DNA of 64,000 nucleotides from Octopus vulgaris (Eukaryota), in contig OX597831.1 in the NCBI GenBank assembly GCA_951406725.2, positions 62,000,001 to 62,064,000 on the forward strand, in the 5' to 3' direction. The position numbers were made by a program, and so were the translations under genes. The notes beneath the pieces are model-generated. The model saw only the letters and a program-made list of their open reading frames with translations, made no database searches and was not told where the DNA came from. Below are positions 13,795-26,722 of this stretch, one piece after another (the first letter of the stretch is position 1; each line of letters begins with the position of its first letter).

Positions 13795-13873
13795 CCCTCT
13801 TCTTCTTCTTCTTCTTCTTCTTCTTCTTCTTCTTCTTCTTCTTCTTCTTCTTCTTCTTCTTCTTCTTTTTCTT
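13795..13873. repeat. (CTT)n microsatellite
   Basis: Directly visible. Confidence 0.95.
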
Positions 13874-14061
13874 CATGTATGTATGTATTTGTGTGTCTGC
13901 GTTTGACACCCACCATCGTTTAACAACCGATGGTAGTGTGCTTACGTCAATGTAACCTAGCAGTTCGGCGAAATATACTAATAGAATGAGTACTAGGCTT
14001 ACAACAATAATTTCCTAGGCCGCAGTCGAATGACTGAAACAAATAAAAGATATATGTTATT

Positions 14062-14179
<118 letters not shown>

Positions 14180-14385
14180 CGTGTGTGTGTATACATATAT
14201 ATACATATACATAAATATATATATACATATATATTTATATATACATACATACATGCATACATACATATATTCAGTTGAATTAGGTACTTAAATTGAAGCA
14301 CCAAGTCAGTGCTGTATTATCCGTACAATTCTAAGTAAGGTGAATAAAATCAAAATAAGCAACAGGATATCAAGAAGTGATGCAG

Positions 14386-14471
14386 TGCAGTACGACCGTT
14401 TCAAGTTGCTTCATTTAATAAAATAATGCAATCATTACATCAGTTTAAATGCACGGCTATCCTCAGCTGCA
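14386..14471 (-). ncRNA. Type I hammerhead-ribozyme-like motif in an inverted Penelope pLTR
   Basis: Minus strand: UGCAG-CUGAGGA-[long stem II including CAUUUAA/UUAAAUG]-GAAAC-GGUC-GUA-CUGCA. Stem I is perfect and the cleavage triplet is GUA. Confidence 0.6.
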
Positions 14472-14547
14472 TAAATAAATAGAATCTTTTAATCAGTTGG
14501 ACACATTAATATGATTTTACTTAAATTCTCTAATAGAGAAAGAAGAT

Positions 14548-14806
14548 GGGTAATCTATAAGTGTACAATCAAAACTAGCTGGTAAATTTGTATATATAGG
14601 ATATTCAATAAATATTTGAAAAAAACCGTATTAATAACCATTTTTCATCTATTAGGCTCAAACACAAGACCAAGTATACGTCCTTATCAAGCAAAATTTG
14701 GGAACTGAAGGAAAGCGGAATCGAATGTAACCTTAAATGGGATATTATAAGGAAAACGCAGCCTTATAGTGATAGTCGATACGGGTGCGATCTGTGCTCT
14801 ATGGAA
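14548..14806 (+). pseudogene. Penelope-like element GIY-YIG endonuclease remnant
   Basis: Translates to VIYKCTIK / frameshift / FVYIGYS ... NHFSSIRLKHKTKYTSLSSKIWELKESGIECNLKWDIIRKTQPYSDSRYGCDLCSME, matching the PLE GIY-YIG C-terminal pattern (T.LS..IW.LK, KW.I, C.LC..E). Confidence 0.85.
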
Positions 14807-15121
14807 ACTGATGGAATCTAATAATAGATTAGACCTCAGTGTATCATGCATACATAGGGTCACCTGTGCATTTAAGTATTTTCGAAATTAGCGTTTATAG
14901 TTGCTGCACTTGAACCTGGATAAGGGAAATTAATTTTAGTGTCGTATATGATGAGAACTTACACCCTACAATTAGTTGTATATACAATCTATATTTAAGA
15001 GACGAGGAATTATATTCACTATTTACCTTATTTACATTTGTATATATAAGTACGTATATTTGTATGCATATATATGTATGTATATATATATACGTATGTA
15101 TATATGTGTGATTATATATAT

Positions 15122-15174
<53 letters not shown>

Positions 15175-15179
15175 AATAA

Positions 15180-15243
<64 letters not shown>

Positions 15244-15656
15244 AGGACAAAAAACGTTAAGGCAAGGCAAATATATACATTATTATCATAGGAAAAAATT
15301 CAAAGGCTTATAGTTTTTTGTGGAATATCCCCGAGTATGGGATATTCCGTCATCATTTTCCCTAATTTCCCCATTTGTCTTTTGATGACAAAATACCCCA
15401 TACTCAGGGATATCCTAGAAACAGCTGTGAGATTTTGAATTTTATTCCAATAATAATAATGTATATTATTTGAGATACTTGCTTTGGCTTAGCGCTTGTT
15501 GACCTCTTTAGCAATTATATATCCGGTGCATCGAAAATTTGAAATGGCTCAATAACTATCGTCTCGGCTATAACGTTGAAGCCCTAGTACGTAATCCGTT
15601 ACAGAACTTAGCTAGAGTACCTAATTGTTCAGATGATCTGTGAACTAAATCCCATT

Positions 15657-15700
<44 letters not shown>

Positions 15701-16062
15701 GGCTTGGAGATGATGTACAGGTATTTTATATTAGAAGAAATGAGGTACTCAGAAATGCGGATGGTTTTATATTTACAGATATCTATTTGTATGTTACATG
15801 TTTTTATACATCATATAACTTATATCATATATCATATATATATATTAGCACTTTCGTCCATTCTGGTGGAGTTTTCAAATTGATATATATATATATCATT
15901 AACGTGGCTATTCGCAACTTACAACCGAAAGGCTCAAGTACATATGTCTAAACGTACCTGTATGAATACATGCATATTTATAAGCATTTAGATTTATATT
16001 ATACGATATTCTATTTTATACAAACCACACACACATATATATATACATACACACATACGCAC

Positions 16063-16497
16063 ACACTGATTGATTAATGCAATTCTTTCTATATATACGA
16101 GTGCTAAGTGTATTAAATCATTTAAGTGCCTAACATTGGTATTAGTTGTGACAACACCTACATATCAGCCTTATTTCAAATCTCATTAAATAATATCAAC
16201 AAAACTTTCCGTATTTTGATCTACGAGATTATTCGTGATTTTATGATCGCATTTCTCATTACGCAGAGTTAATGGCTGTAGAATCTCACCAACAAAGATC
16301 ATTAACGAGATATAGGGAATAGGTAGATGTCAGCACTTCTCGTGGACATGGTGGTACAGGAATCTTTAAGGCGCGGTATTTACGCATCTGCTAATGAAAT
16401 TGCTAAACTTTCATTGTTCGTGTCAGGTTTAACTACGCCCGTTCTTATATCATACCTTGTACTCGTTTCAGTCATTTGTCAGGAGCCATCCTGGGTC
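16063..16497 (+). repeat. Local duplication, copy 2
   Basis: Aligns with 12883-13326, 3.18 kb upstream. Confidence 0.9.
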
Positions 16498-16829
16498 ACC
16501 GCATGGCTGCTGCACAATGACTGTACTTTTAGAGCCTCGTACTTATCTTGTCCGTGTTTTCATCCAAACTGCTGTCAAACTCCAGCCAACAATAATTGAT
16601 GGTTGCCAAACAGAAACACACACACTCACACACACACACACACATACACACACACACACGCGTGCCTATATGCAAATGATAGGCTTCTTTCAGCCTCCGT
16701 CTATCAAATCCACTCACAAGTTTTTGGTTCACCCGGAGCTATCATAGAGCATGTTGAAGGTACCTCGCAGAGGGACTGAACCCACGTAGTTGAGAAGCGA
16801 ACATCTTACCATACAGTCACACTTGCACC
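16455..16829 (-). mobile_element. Degenerate CORE-type SINE copy
   Basis: GGCTTCTTTCAGCCTCCGTCTATCAAATCCACTCACAAG...GGGACTGAACCC...CTTACCATACAGTCACACTTGCACCT. Confidence 0.7.
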
Positions 16830-17344
16830 TAGCATACAAATTAAAATAAATTCATTCATATATTTTTCTTTCGAAGTGAACTGATTATATCAGCCAATAT
16901 CCTTCGGGGTTTCCACTGTTGAAATATTTTTTATTATTAGAGGAAACGAGACGCGTGGCTGATGTTAATAATTCTCTCTTTTCTTTCTCGATGGATTTGG
17001 TTTATCATTCCCGTTGAAATACCCGACCCTTTATACGCGTTTAGCATGATTCTTTGACAAATTACAAACTAATATTCATGATATAAATGACCAAGAAATG
17101 ATCACTCATGTGTCCTATACATTTTAATGAAACAAAATATTTGAATTCTTACTTCATCAAATTATTTCCCGAGGAAATTGAACTAATTTTTAATTTTCTA
17201 ACCCCTTAAACACATTTACCTATTTTAACAACATATATAATAGCCAATAATAACTTGGGTATTATATATATATAAATGTGTGTGTTTGCGTGTGAGTATG
17301 TATATATAAATACATATGTATATATATATACATACATACATACA

Positions 17345-17376
<32 letters not shown>

Positions 17377-17494
17377 CACTCATACACACATACACACATA
17401 CACACACATTTATATGTAAAATATACCACGAACGCTGTATAGCTGTGAGAATAGCTTAGAAGTTTGGAGAAATATCGTTAAGAGACGGAAAAAA

Positions 17495-17590
17495 TTGTTG
17501 CCAGCAGGCGGCTAGTGAGAGTCGATTCTTGTACCTCCCAGATGCCGTTTGGGCATTCTGTACAATTATGTTAAGCGGCACCTGACAGCA
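17495..17590 (-). mobile_element. Degenerate tRNA-like head, probably a SINE relic
   Basis: Minus strand GCCGCTTAACATAATTG...CCCAA-ACGGCAT-CTGGG-AGGT...GAATCGACTCTC resembles D, anticodon and T arms but with many mismatches. Confidence 0.3.
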
Positions 17591-17653
17591 ATGACTTGCT
17601 ATGTATTATAACGGTAAATAATAGCTAGCGTTTTGTAATGCGAGAACATGTTT

Positions 17654-17720
<67 letters not shown>

Positions 17721-17735
17721 CACCTATAAATGTGT

Positions 17736-17787
<52 letters not shown>

Positions 17788-18554
17788 GTAGTATATCAAT
17801 TGTATTCTCGTGAATTATTTACGTTATTAACTAACTTTAGAATAATCGGATCCTATAGGAAATCATAGCGAAGCTACATTGAAATATGAGAACATATTTA
17901 AGTACACACTATTATGACACATAAATTGGACTTAACTAAGAACAACATCCATTCAAGCTTTAACCAATATATAATATGTAATATAAACGTTCTCCAGCAA
18001 TAATTGGTAAGCAGATACAATGAACAACTCTCCCTGCTACACAGTATATGACAAGATATCAGTTTCCACCCCCGAGATCCTAGAAATGCATCCTGTTATA
18101 ATGTAATTTGTATTCCTCGGTAAACTGTTCTTGTTCCTGGTAATCCGAGTATTTTATAAACACCCTTGCTTCTATTTTATGTTCATACTACAAAATCTAC
18201 GTAATGATATTATAACTTATCGGAATGCATTTGTATTTGATAATTTTCAGCCTCTTTATTTCATGTTTTTGTTTTTGTTTTTTGTTTTTTACATCGAAAG
18301 CATTCCGACATTGCCACTATTCAATAGTGTTAAACACTGACAATGCTCATCTGCCATCATATAACTATCACAATAGATTGCTCTATGTGATATATGTATA
18401 CGCAATGTAGATTTCGAGCTAGAGTTGTTTCTTTATTTTTAACACTATGAAATTGAGTATGGATAATATAGGCTTCACACAATACGTATTTACGTACACA
18501 AACGCATGCATACACGCAGACACAAATATTTACATTTATACACAATATATATAT

Positions 18555-18721
18555 TTTTTCTCTCCTTTTTTCTCTCCTTGTTTTTTCTGTGTCCATGTCT
18601 GTAGAAGAGCGTAGGCGCGAAACGTAAAAGACTTTTTCTATTCCTGAGCGTTGTACTAATACATCTGTTTGTTTTGTACACCACCTGTCTTCGTCTTTTG
18701 TGGTTTTCGTAAACTTTCCCT
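18555..18721 (+). mobile_element. Short Penelope-pLTR-like element with minimal hammerhead-like motif
   Basis: CTGTAGAAGAGCGTAGGCGCGAAACGTAAAAG...CCTGAGCGTTGTACTAATAC...CGTAAACTTTCCC, nearly identical to 23613-23790. Confidence 0.7.
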
Positions 18722-18899
18722 TCGATTAGTGGTTGTGTTGACCTCATAAATTGATGGATTCATTCAAGGAAGTACTGGTTCAATACATAGTATTTTGAGG
18801 GAATACTTTATTTTGATAATTTCAGTACGTTTATATTGATAAATGTAGATGCGTTTAATTAAGTCAAACATATCCGACGTCATTATTTATACGCCGATT

Positions 18900-19260
18900 G
18901 TTCTACCGAGGTCTTTTCGATAAATATCGATAAATTAAATACCACCTGAGCACTGTGGTCGATGTAATCGACTAGACACCACCCCTAAAATTGCTGGCAT
19001 TGTTTCAGAATTTGAGACCATTATTTATAGACCGCATTGGCAGCAAACTGGCAGAATCGGTAACACATTGCAGAAAATACTTAGCGGCATTTCTCTAACG
19101 ACATTACCTTCTGAGTTCAAATTCCGCCTAGGCCCATTCTTCTTTCCGTATTTCAGAGTCGATAAAATAAGTACCAGTGAAGTAGTGGGATAGAAGCAAT
19201 CGACTTGCCCCTACCTCCTAAAAAAACTTGTATTGGGAACTTTTAGTTAGTTTGCCAAAT
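18900..19260 (+). mobile_element. Two degenerate GGCAGAA-family SINE copies
   Basis: GGTCGATGTAATCGACT, CTGGCAGAATCGG, CTGAGTTCAAATTCCGCC and GTCGATAAAATAAGTACCAG motifs. Confidence 0.65.
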
Positions 19261-22200
19261 ATTTGAAACAATTGTGATATACACCGCTGGCCTAGTATAC
19301 TATATACTGCGTGACTTTGCCAAGATCGAACTCTCTCAAATAAGAATATCCAAATTAATTGATTGGAAATACTTTTCTAAGCAATTTTACTTGAATATGT
19401 AGCATGTAATGAATATACAAGACAAATAATGTACAAAGGCTCGTTCGCTATTGGTCTTATTCGATACTTGAGTAGCACAATGACGTTGGTGTCAACACAT
19501 CGGTTATAATAGCTATGACATACACAATATTGACTTATGAGCTCTTCCTTTGCTGTGTCATTGCGTTTAACTTTCTTTTGGGGAATTTATTAAATTCGTC
19601 GATTTTCTTACATCGGGGTGTGGTTTCGATGAACAACACACCCTAGATTAGCACCTCTCACCCAGTTTCTTTCTTTCCTTTTTGAAATTATCCAATAATT
19701 TGCTAAGTTTGGCAAATGAAAATCATTTGATAACAATACACCACTAATGTAATACACTAATAGAATCTTGAAGCAAAAGTTTTTTTTTCATTACAAACAG
19801 AAAATCCGATACACCATCAGTTTACTGAAGCAGTACACATACCGCAAACAGGTTTTGAACCAAAGTACAGTCTGAATAGAATAAATAGAAGAATTACAAC
19901 CCTACAATTGCAAAAGCATACGAATGTACACATGCAAATAGGCTATCATTCACAAATACACACACACACACACATATATATACGAGCATACTAATAATCT
20001 CAAACACGCACAAACACACAAACACACGCACGCACGCATACTCTTATATATTCAATGTTTGTAATTCAATGAAGAATTTAATAAAAAATAGATGAATAAT
20101 TATCTAATATAATTCTTCTTTGTGCATGTTTTTGTATTGTTTTCAAAGATGCCAGCAAGAAACAACACGTTAGCAGTGGTAGATATAGATAGTACAATAT
20201 TCATTGCATTCAAGCAAACATGATATTGACATTTCTAAGCCATGTATTTGTTTCGAAAATAAAATAAAACTTTTCATCACTTTGATGAATAAGGAAAATG
20301 TGATTTTTAAAAATCTCTATCATGCATATTTCATGATTTACTTTATCAATCTCTTCATATTATCAAAGATTTAATGATCACTGCACATCTGTCTTTCAGT
20401 TGTGCTTAGATTTTACTGCAGATTAAGCTTAGCTTGTAAATATTTAAAGATAATATATTTTTAGTTAGGCAAAATGACAATTTCGGCTGAAGAATCAGTT
20501 GCTGCTGCGATTGTTGTTAGTTTGACATTTGCTATTATAGCTCCTGGTAAACTGTGATGGAATGAATTAATTCTGTTTTGTTCATATGTGTCTACTTTGT
20601 AGTGTATGTGTCAGCTCCGTTTTCTGTAATTAATGTCTCAGATAAACCCTTATTATGCAGAGCCATTATACAAAGAATTCCAGATATGGCATTCTGTCAT
20701 TTATTCAGTTGAATTGCATCACATCTGAAGCTATATCATCCAAAGTGTTATTCCTAATTTAACACGTAGCTGTTTTTGTCATAGACCACCCGATTAGCTC
20801 TGATGGAGCGAGCCTATTGTCAAATGCTATACTGCAGAGGTCTTTCATTTTTTTCTGCCTTTTGTGCAGAGATCTCAGAGCATATTATCTACTGTATTGT
20901 CGAAGATGTCGAAGCGTGCTTTGAATGAAAACATATAAAAATACCTTTGTGTGAACACGGAAAAGTTTAACTTGTAGATTCGGCTGTTATTACTAACAGT
21001 TTGTACCTTGTGAAGTATTATCAAATAACACTTATGTAACTATACTCGATTGACTGAGGTCTGCTCATAACAGAATAACTTCGTTTGATTTGGGCTTTCA
21101 TGTAGAGGAAAGAAATGAATTACTATAACTGACAGGTCATTCAAACTTTTGAATAACATTCAACGTGCAGGAAATCAGAAATGAGAACTCATCCCTTGGC
21201 TGTTTTCCAAGTGCTGTATATGGCAACTAAATTTTAGCACCGTCATATTCATAGCAGAAACTAACTATGAAATGATTAACTAAAAAATAGATTAGGCGTC
21301 GAAAGAAAAATAATAATGCTAATCAACGTGTAATGTTATCGTAATTATTTTGGCCACGTATCGTAGACATTTGCTTTGGATTCATTGCTATTTCCTTAGA
21401 CAAACATTGCTTTCGACTTACTAAAGAAGAAATGAATTAGAACTTACTACATGTACGATATCTTAAAATTGGGTTGAGAAGGGAAACATAAATAAGGGAC
21501 TAACAAAAACAACTTAAATAATAAACGCTGTTATGTGAAATAGATTTTATGATGATGATTTATTTCTTAGGTGCATCTATATCTCGTGAAGATCTTAGCT
21601 GGATTCGTCCAAATCGTCACTAGTATGGTACCGTTTATTTTATTGTTCTCAAACAAAGAAACAAAACAAAGACTACCTCCAGTTGTTTTTGGAATCGAGA
21701 CAGAATGTGTCGAAAAATATGTATGGTAAAATGTTTTGGTTCGTTTTTAAATTGTTTCAGCCAATTACAAACATTGCTAGAAGTCTCTTCTTGTTATTTA
21801 CATCAAGATATGCTTACGCAAACTATGAAAGCATCCATGTTAGACGTTCCTAGTAATCTATAAATTAATAGGAACGTAAGTAAAATAAAGTGGCTACATT
21901 TAAAAAACAAAGTTTATTCATCATATAAAACACAGTTGCCTAATATAGAGAGGTGCCAAATTGCGAAAGGAATGTGATGTTGGTTACATCGTCCTCCGTC
22001 TTGTTTTAATAGAGAATGATGAAACGTAAAGTCAGTTTCGAACTCATTTAAACTCACTGTGATAAGGGACGAAATTAAGTGGTACATATAATTTTGTTCG
22101 CAACTTCAGCGTTTGCACTTACCTTAAAATAATGTCCGATGACACTATTCCACGGGTCAAATTCTGAAGGTTCGGGTAGAAATGAATATATTTATCTCAG

Positions 22201-22926
22201 TCATTGGCTGGGTTTTATTTCTTATATTTCGGAATTACCAAAATTATTAACAGCAGTGAAATTTGATTTCAAATCTAACATGGTAATAAGAACGAAGCAC
22301 CAAAATTAATGCTTCTAACATAAGCACTATACCTTAAATACGATGATAAGAACTATCAAATATACTGAGCCCTGTACCTGTCTGGTACATTATATTACCG
22401 ACAGCGACAAGATGAATAGCCAAGTTGGTTTCTGAAGGTTTTGAAATCAGAACGTAAAAATAGGCTCTGTAATTTTCCATGGCACTGCAAGGAAGATACA
22501 CAGTTCTTTAGTAGTTTCTGAAAATTATACCCTCAGATTTCGTATTACTGATGATTTAAAGTTGAAACGTACGAAATAACTAAAATTAATTTAAATGAAT
22601 TAGTCTCAATTAGAGAGTAAATCATTTTCGTTCCTACAGCAGCACTCTTAAAGCATTTGATACCATTTGACAACAGAAGCAACTAGCCTGTCATTTTCTT
22701 TAATTGAAAAGCCAATCGAGTACGGCAGTTTATATTACGTGGCTGCAGTTCGCAACATTGTCCTCATTGGAAATTGTCAGTACAAGATGATATTTCAAAA
22801 TCTGGAAACCACTAATTATTACTAAATGCATACTTCTCTCTATTCACCCCCTCTCTCTCTCTGTTCCTGTATCTGCTTTCTCTGTTTGTCTTTCTATCTT
22901 CCTTCCATAGTACACATGAATATACA

Positions 22927-23154
22927 TTCTTATTGTCCAAAAGGGGCTAAACACAGAGGGAACAAACAAGGACAGACAAACGGATTAAGTTAATTACATC
23001 GACCCCAGTACGTAATTGGTACTTAATTTATCGACCCCGAAAGGATGAAAGGCAAAGTCGACCTCGGCGGAATTTGAACTCAGAACGTAACGGCAGACGA
23101 AATACGGCTACGCATTTCGCCTGGCGTGCTAACGTTTCTGCCAGCTCGCCGCCT
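22927..23154 (-). mobile_element. GGCGGCGAGCTGGCAGAA-family SINE, full length
   Basis: Reverse complement of 25938-26170, nearly identical. Confidence 0.9.
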
Positions 23155-23490
23155 TCACATGCATATACATTCGCGCACGAGCCTACAAACTCTCTCACAC
23201 TCAATACATCCGTTAAAATGCTCGAGAACAAAAAATAAATTTTCATATAAGCACTGACAGTCAAGCACAACCGTTGCTCATGCGCACGCAAATAAACATA
23301 TACGAACAAACCCGCACACATCCACAAACACAAATGCATACACACAGAGTCGAAGTAAAGATGCAGTTAGAGAAATTTGTGGAGAAAAATTGATAAATAT
23401 ATAATGAGCTAAGAATATAAATATATATATTTCGCCAAATTGCCTAAGTTAAAATATGCATGATTTCATTTAAACTTGTCTCTTTCACTC

Positions 23491-23538
<48 letters not shown>

Positions 23539-23612
23539 ACCATTTCTCTATTTTTCACCTACTGATTATCTATCTACCTATCTTCTCCATATGTATCTAT
23601 GAATATATATAT

Positions 23613-23787
23613 AGATCGTTAGCCACTACACACACTTTTTCTCTCCTTGTTTTTTCTGTATCCCTTTCTGTAGAAGAGCGTAGGCTCGAAACGTAAAATA
23701 CTTTTTGTATTCCTGAGCGTTATACTAATACATCTGTTTGTTTTGTACACCACCTGTCTTCGTCTTTTGTTTTTTTTCGTAAACTCT

Positions 23788-23790
<3 letters not shown>
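23613..23790 (+). mobile_element. Short Penelope-pLTR-like element with minimal hammerhead-like motif, between (TA)n tracts
   Basis: CTTT-CTGTAGA-AGAGC-GTAG-GCTC-GAAACGTA-AAAT. The 3' end AAACTCTCCC is followed directly by (TA)n. Confidence 0.75.
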
Positions 23791-23842
<52 letters not shown>

Positions 23843-24403
23843 AGCACATACGCATGTTCAATACCGAATTAAAAAAAGCACTAGTGTTGTAAACAGCGAC
23901 TCCACTTACGCAACGAACGTGCTTTATCTGTTCGCTGGTTCGCTGCCAAATAGCGCCTGGGGACGACTCCCTCATAACGCAGGGCGTTAAAATATCTGAA
24001 AAGTCATAGATAGGCGGGAAAACTCACCACCGACCCCATTCGGGAGTGATGAATACGCACGTTGGGACATGTTCGTAGCTTATGAACATTACATACTTGA
24101 CCCGAAACAAGGACGAATAGAAAGGTACCCATCACCGGTTTTATTCCACAGCGAAGCGGCAAAAAACCACATCCCATATGTGCGGTCCTTACAGTTTATC
24201 CCTCACTCAGAGATTTATTATATATATATATATATATATTTATCGTGAAGTACATTTGCCACTTAAATGTGGCTAACCCCTAGGGGTGGATGCTACTGTA
24301 GCTTGTAGCCCCAGCAAGACACCTCCACCAGCTGGCCATTGACACATTTTCTGTGCCCTATCAGTATTTGCAAAGACATTCTTCTCGTCTTCAACCTATG
24401 ATA

Positions 24404-24448
24404 CACACGGAATCGAATTTCTGGGTATTGACCCGTCATCAGCGTGTG
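24404..24448 (-). ncRNA. Minimal type I hammerhead-ribozyme-like motif
   Basis: Minus strand CACACG-CUGAUGA-CGGGU-CAAU-ACCCA-GAAA-UUCGA-UUC-CGUGUG: perfect 6-bp stem I, canonical CUGAUGA and GAAA, vestigial stem III. Confidence 0.65.
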
Positions 24449-25937
24449 AAAATCACTGGTTGTCGACGAAAACTAGGCCTCCATTTGCAAATATATCCTT
24501 TTTCCACTGACTGATAGGGCACAGAAAGTGTGTCAATAACCAGCTGGAGGAGGTGTCCTCCTGGGGCTACAAGCTACAGTAGCATCTGTATTAAGTTGTC
24601 CCCTAGATACAACGTAAAGGACAGAATCTAGGTGTAAAAGGATGCACAGAAAAGTTTAGAAAACATCGTAAGTAATGATGAAAAGGAACTTATATCTAAG
24701 GTTTTGAAAAAATGATTGTTAGCTAAGAAAACATAAGAATGTAAGTAAAGTGGGGTCATGTTTGTCGCTAATGAACATTACGTACTTGATCCAACACTAG
24801 GACGAATTGAAAGCTGCCCTTCACCAGCGGTATAATAGTGAAATTTTCCAAGGATTTATATTTATCCACGCTAACTCTACAGGTAAATTAGCCGATAAAC
24901 TTAGAAAATATGAACCGCGTCTGGAGACTGCGAATAAAATGTGAACCGAATCACAATTAGTCTGGAGCAGTTCGCCTACAAAGGAAAATTCTTGCAACAG
25001 TGGAAGGAATTATTTTGAAGGTTAAAAGCTTCACTAAATTGTAAATGAAGCACAGTTGTTTCCTGAATATTGGTTCACTTAAAGGACATGTTTAGTATAC
25101 ACACTCACACGGACAGACACGTGCGCACACGAACATATAAACACACGCACTAACAGAGAAATACAAAAACACACAGCTACATACAATCTACGCACACACA
25201 CACGCGCATATGCACACGAACACATACATACATATACATGTACAGGCACACACGCAAGCATACACACACATGCGGTAATGCGCTCACATAGGAAATCACT
25301 CAAAAGTCTCAGACCGACGTATCTGGTTCTCCACCCCCTCCTCCTCCCTCCCACTTAAAGAAATACACCCTACGCCAATAAATCTCAGCAGATCTGAGAA
25401 CGAATCGACCTTGAACAAAAGGCCAAACGTTTAAGGAAGTCACGGTTGGTTAATGCATACACCCCCACAAACACACAAGCACACATTCAGGCAATCAGGT
25501 GGGTGTGTACACACAACGCACACACGCTCACGCACGATCCTGTATACGCACACAAACTCTCACCGTTACTTCCTGTCTGAAACTAACACACATCTACATG
25601 CATACAAGCATACACACAAGCACGAGACCAACGTTAGATAGACTCAGAGCAGATCTTGTAGACGTTGGAGCCAAAGGAGAAGTCGTAAGTCACTGAAAAG
25701 GTCGCGAGCAACGACGAAAGCGCTTTGAATAAAAAAAAAACAACCGATTGATTCTTTAAGCAGCTCATTAAACAACCGATCGATTAGTTAGTTGGTTAGA
25801 TGTTTCACCAGTTCACTAACAAAACCTGTGCGTGGGTTATTATTGTTGGCGTAACGATTCTCCAAAGACACAACAATATATCTATAGCTATAACAGTTCC
25901 TCACTGCGAAACATCTTGTTAGTATTTATATACAAAA

Positions 25938-26722
25938 AGGCGGCGAGCTGGCAGAAACGTTAGCACGCCAGGCGAAATGCTAAGCGGTATTTCGTCTGCC
26001 GTTACGTTCTGAGTTCAAATTCCGCCGAGGTCGACTTTGCCTTTCATCCTTTCGGGGTCGATAAATTAAGTACCAGTTACGCACTGGGGTCGATATAATC
26101 GACTTAATCCGTTTGTCTGTCCTTGTTTCTCCTCTCTGTGTTTAGCCCCTTGTGGGTAGTAAAGAAATAGGTATTTCGTCTGAGGCTACGTTCTGAGATA
26201 AAATTCCGCCGAGGTCGACTTTGCCTCTCATCCTTTCGGGGTCGATTAAATAAAGTACTAGTTACGCACTGGGGTAGATATAATAGACTTAATCCGTTTG
26301 TCTGTCCGTGTTTGCCCTCTCTGTGTTTAGCCCCTTGTGGGTAGTAAATAAATAGGTATTTTGTCAGTCGCTACGTTCTGAGTTCAAATTCCGCCCAGGT
26401 CGACATTGCCTTTGATCCTTTCGGGGTCGATAAATAAAGTACCAGTTACGCACTGGGGTCGATATAATCGACTTAATCCATTTGTCTGTCCTTGTCTGTC
26501 CTCTCTGTGTTTAGCCCCTTGTAGGTAATAAAGAAATAGGTATTTCGTCTGCCGCTACGTTCTGAATTCAAATTCCGCCGAGGTCGACTTTGCCTCTCAT
26601 CCTTTCTGAATCGATAAATTAAGTACCAGTTACGCACTGGGGCCGATATAATCGACTTAATCCGTTTGTGTGTCCTTGTTTGTCCTCTCTGTGTTTAGCC
26701 CCATGTGGGTAGTAAAGAAATA
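25938..26722 (+). mobile_element. Tandem array of four GGCAGAA-family SINE bodies behind one 5' head
   Basis: Units restart at GGTATTT(C/T)GTC at 25986, 26170, 26355 and 26539 (period about 185 bp), and each ends in GTA(G/A)TAAA(G/T)AAATA. Confidence 0.92.

Noticed and set aside
25938-26722. Regular repeat array, superficially CRISPR-like
   Set aside because: Units are whole 185-bp SINE bodies with no unique spacers, in a eukaryotic context with no cas genes.
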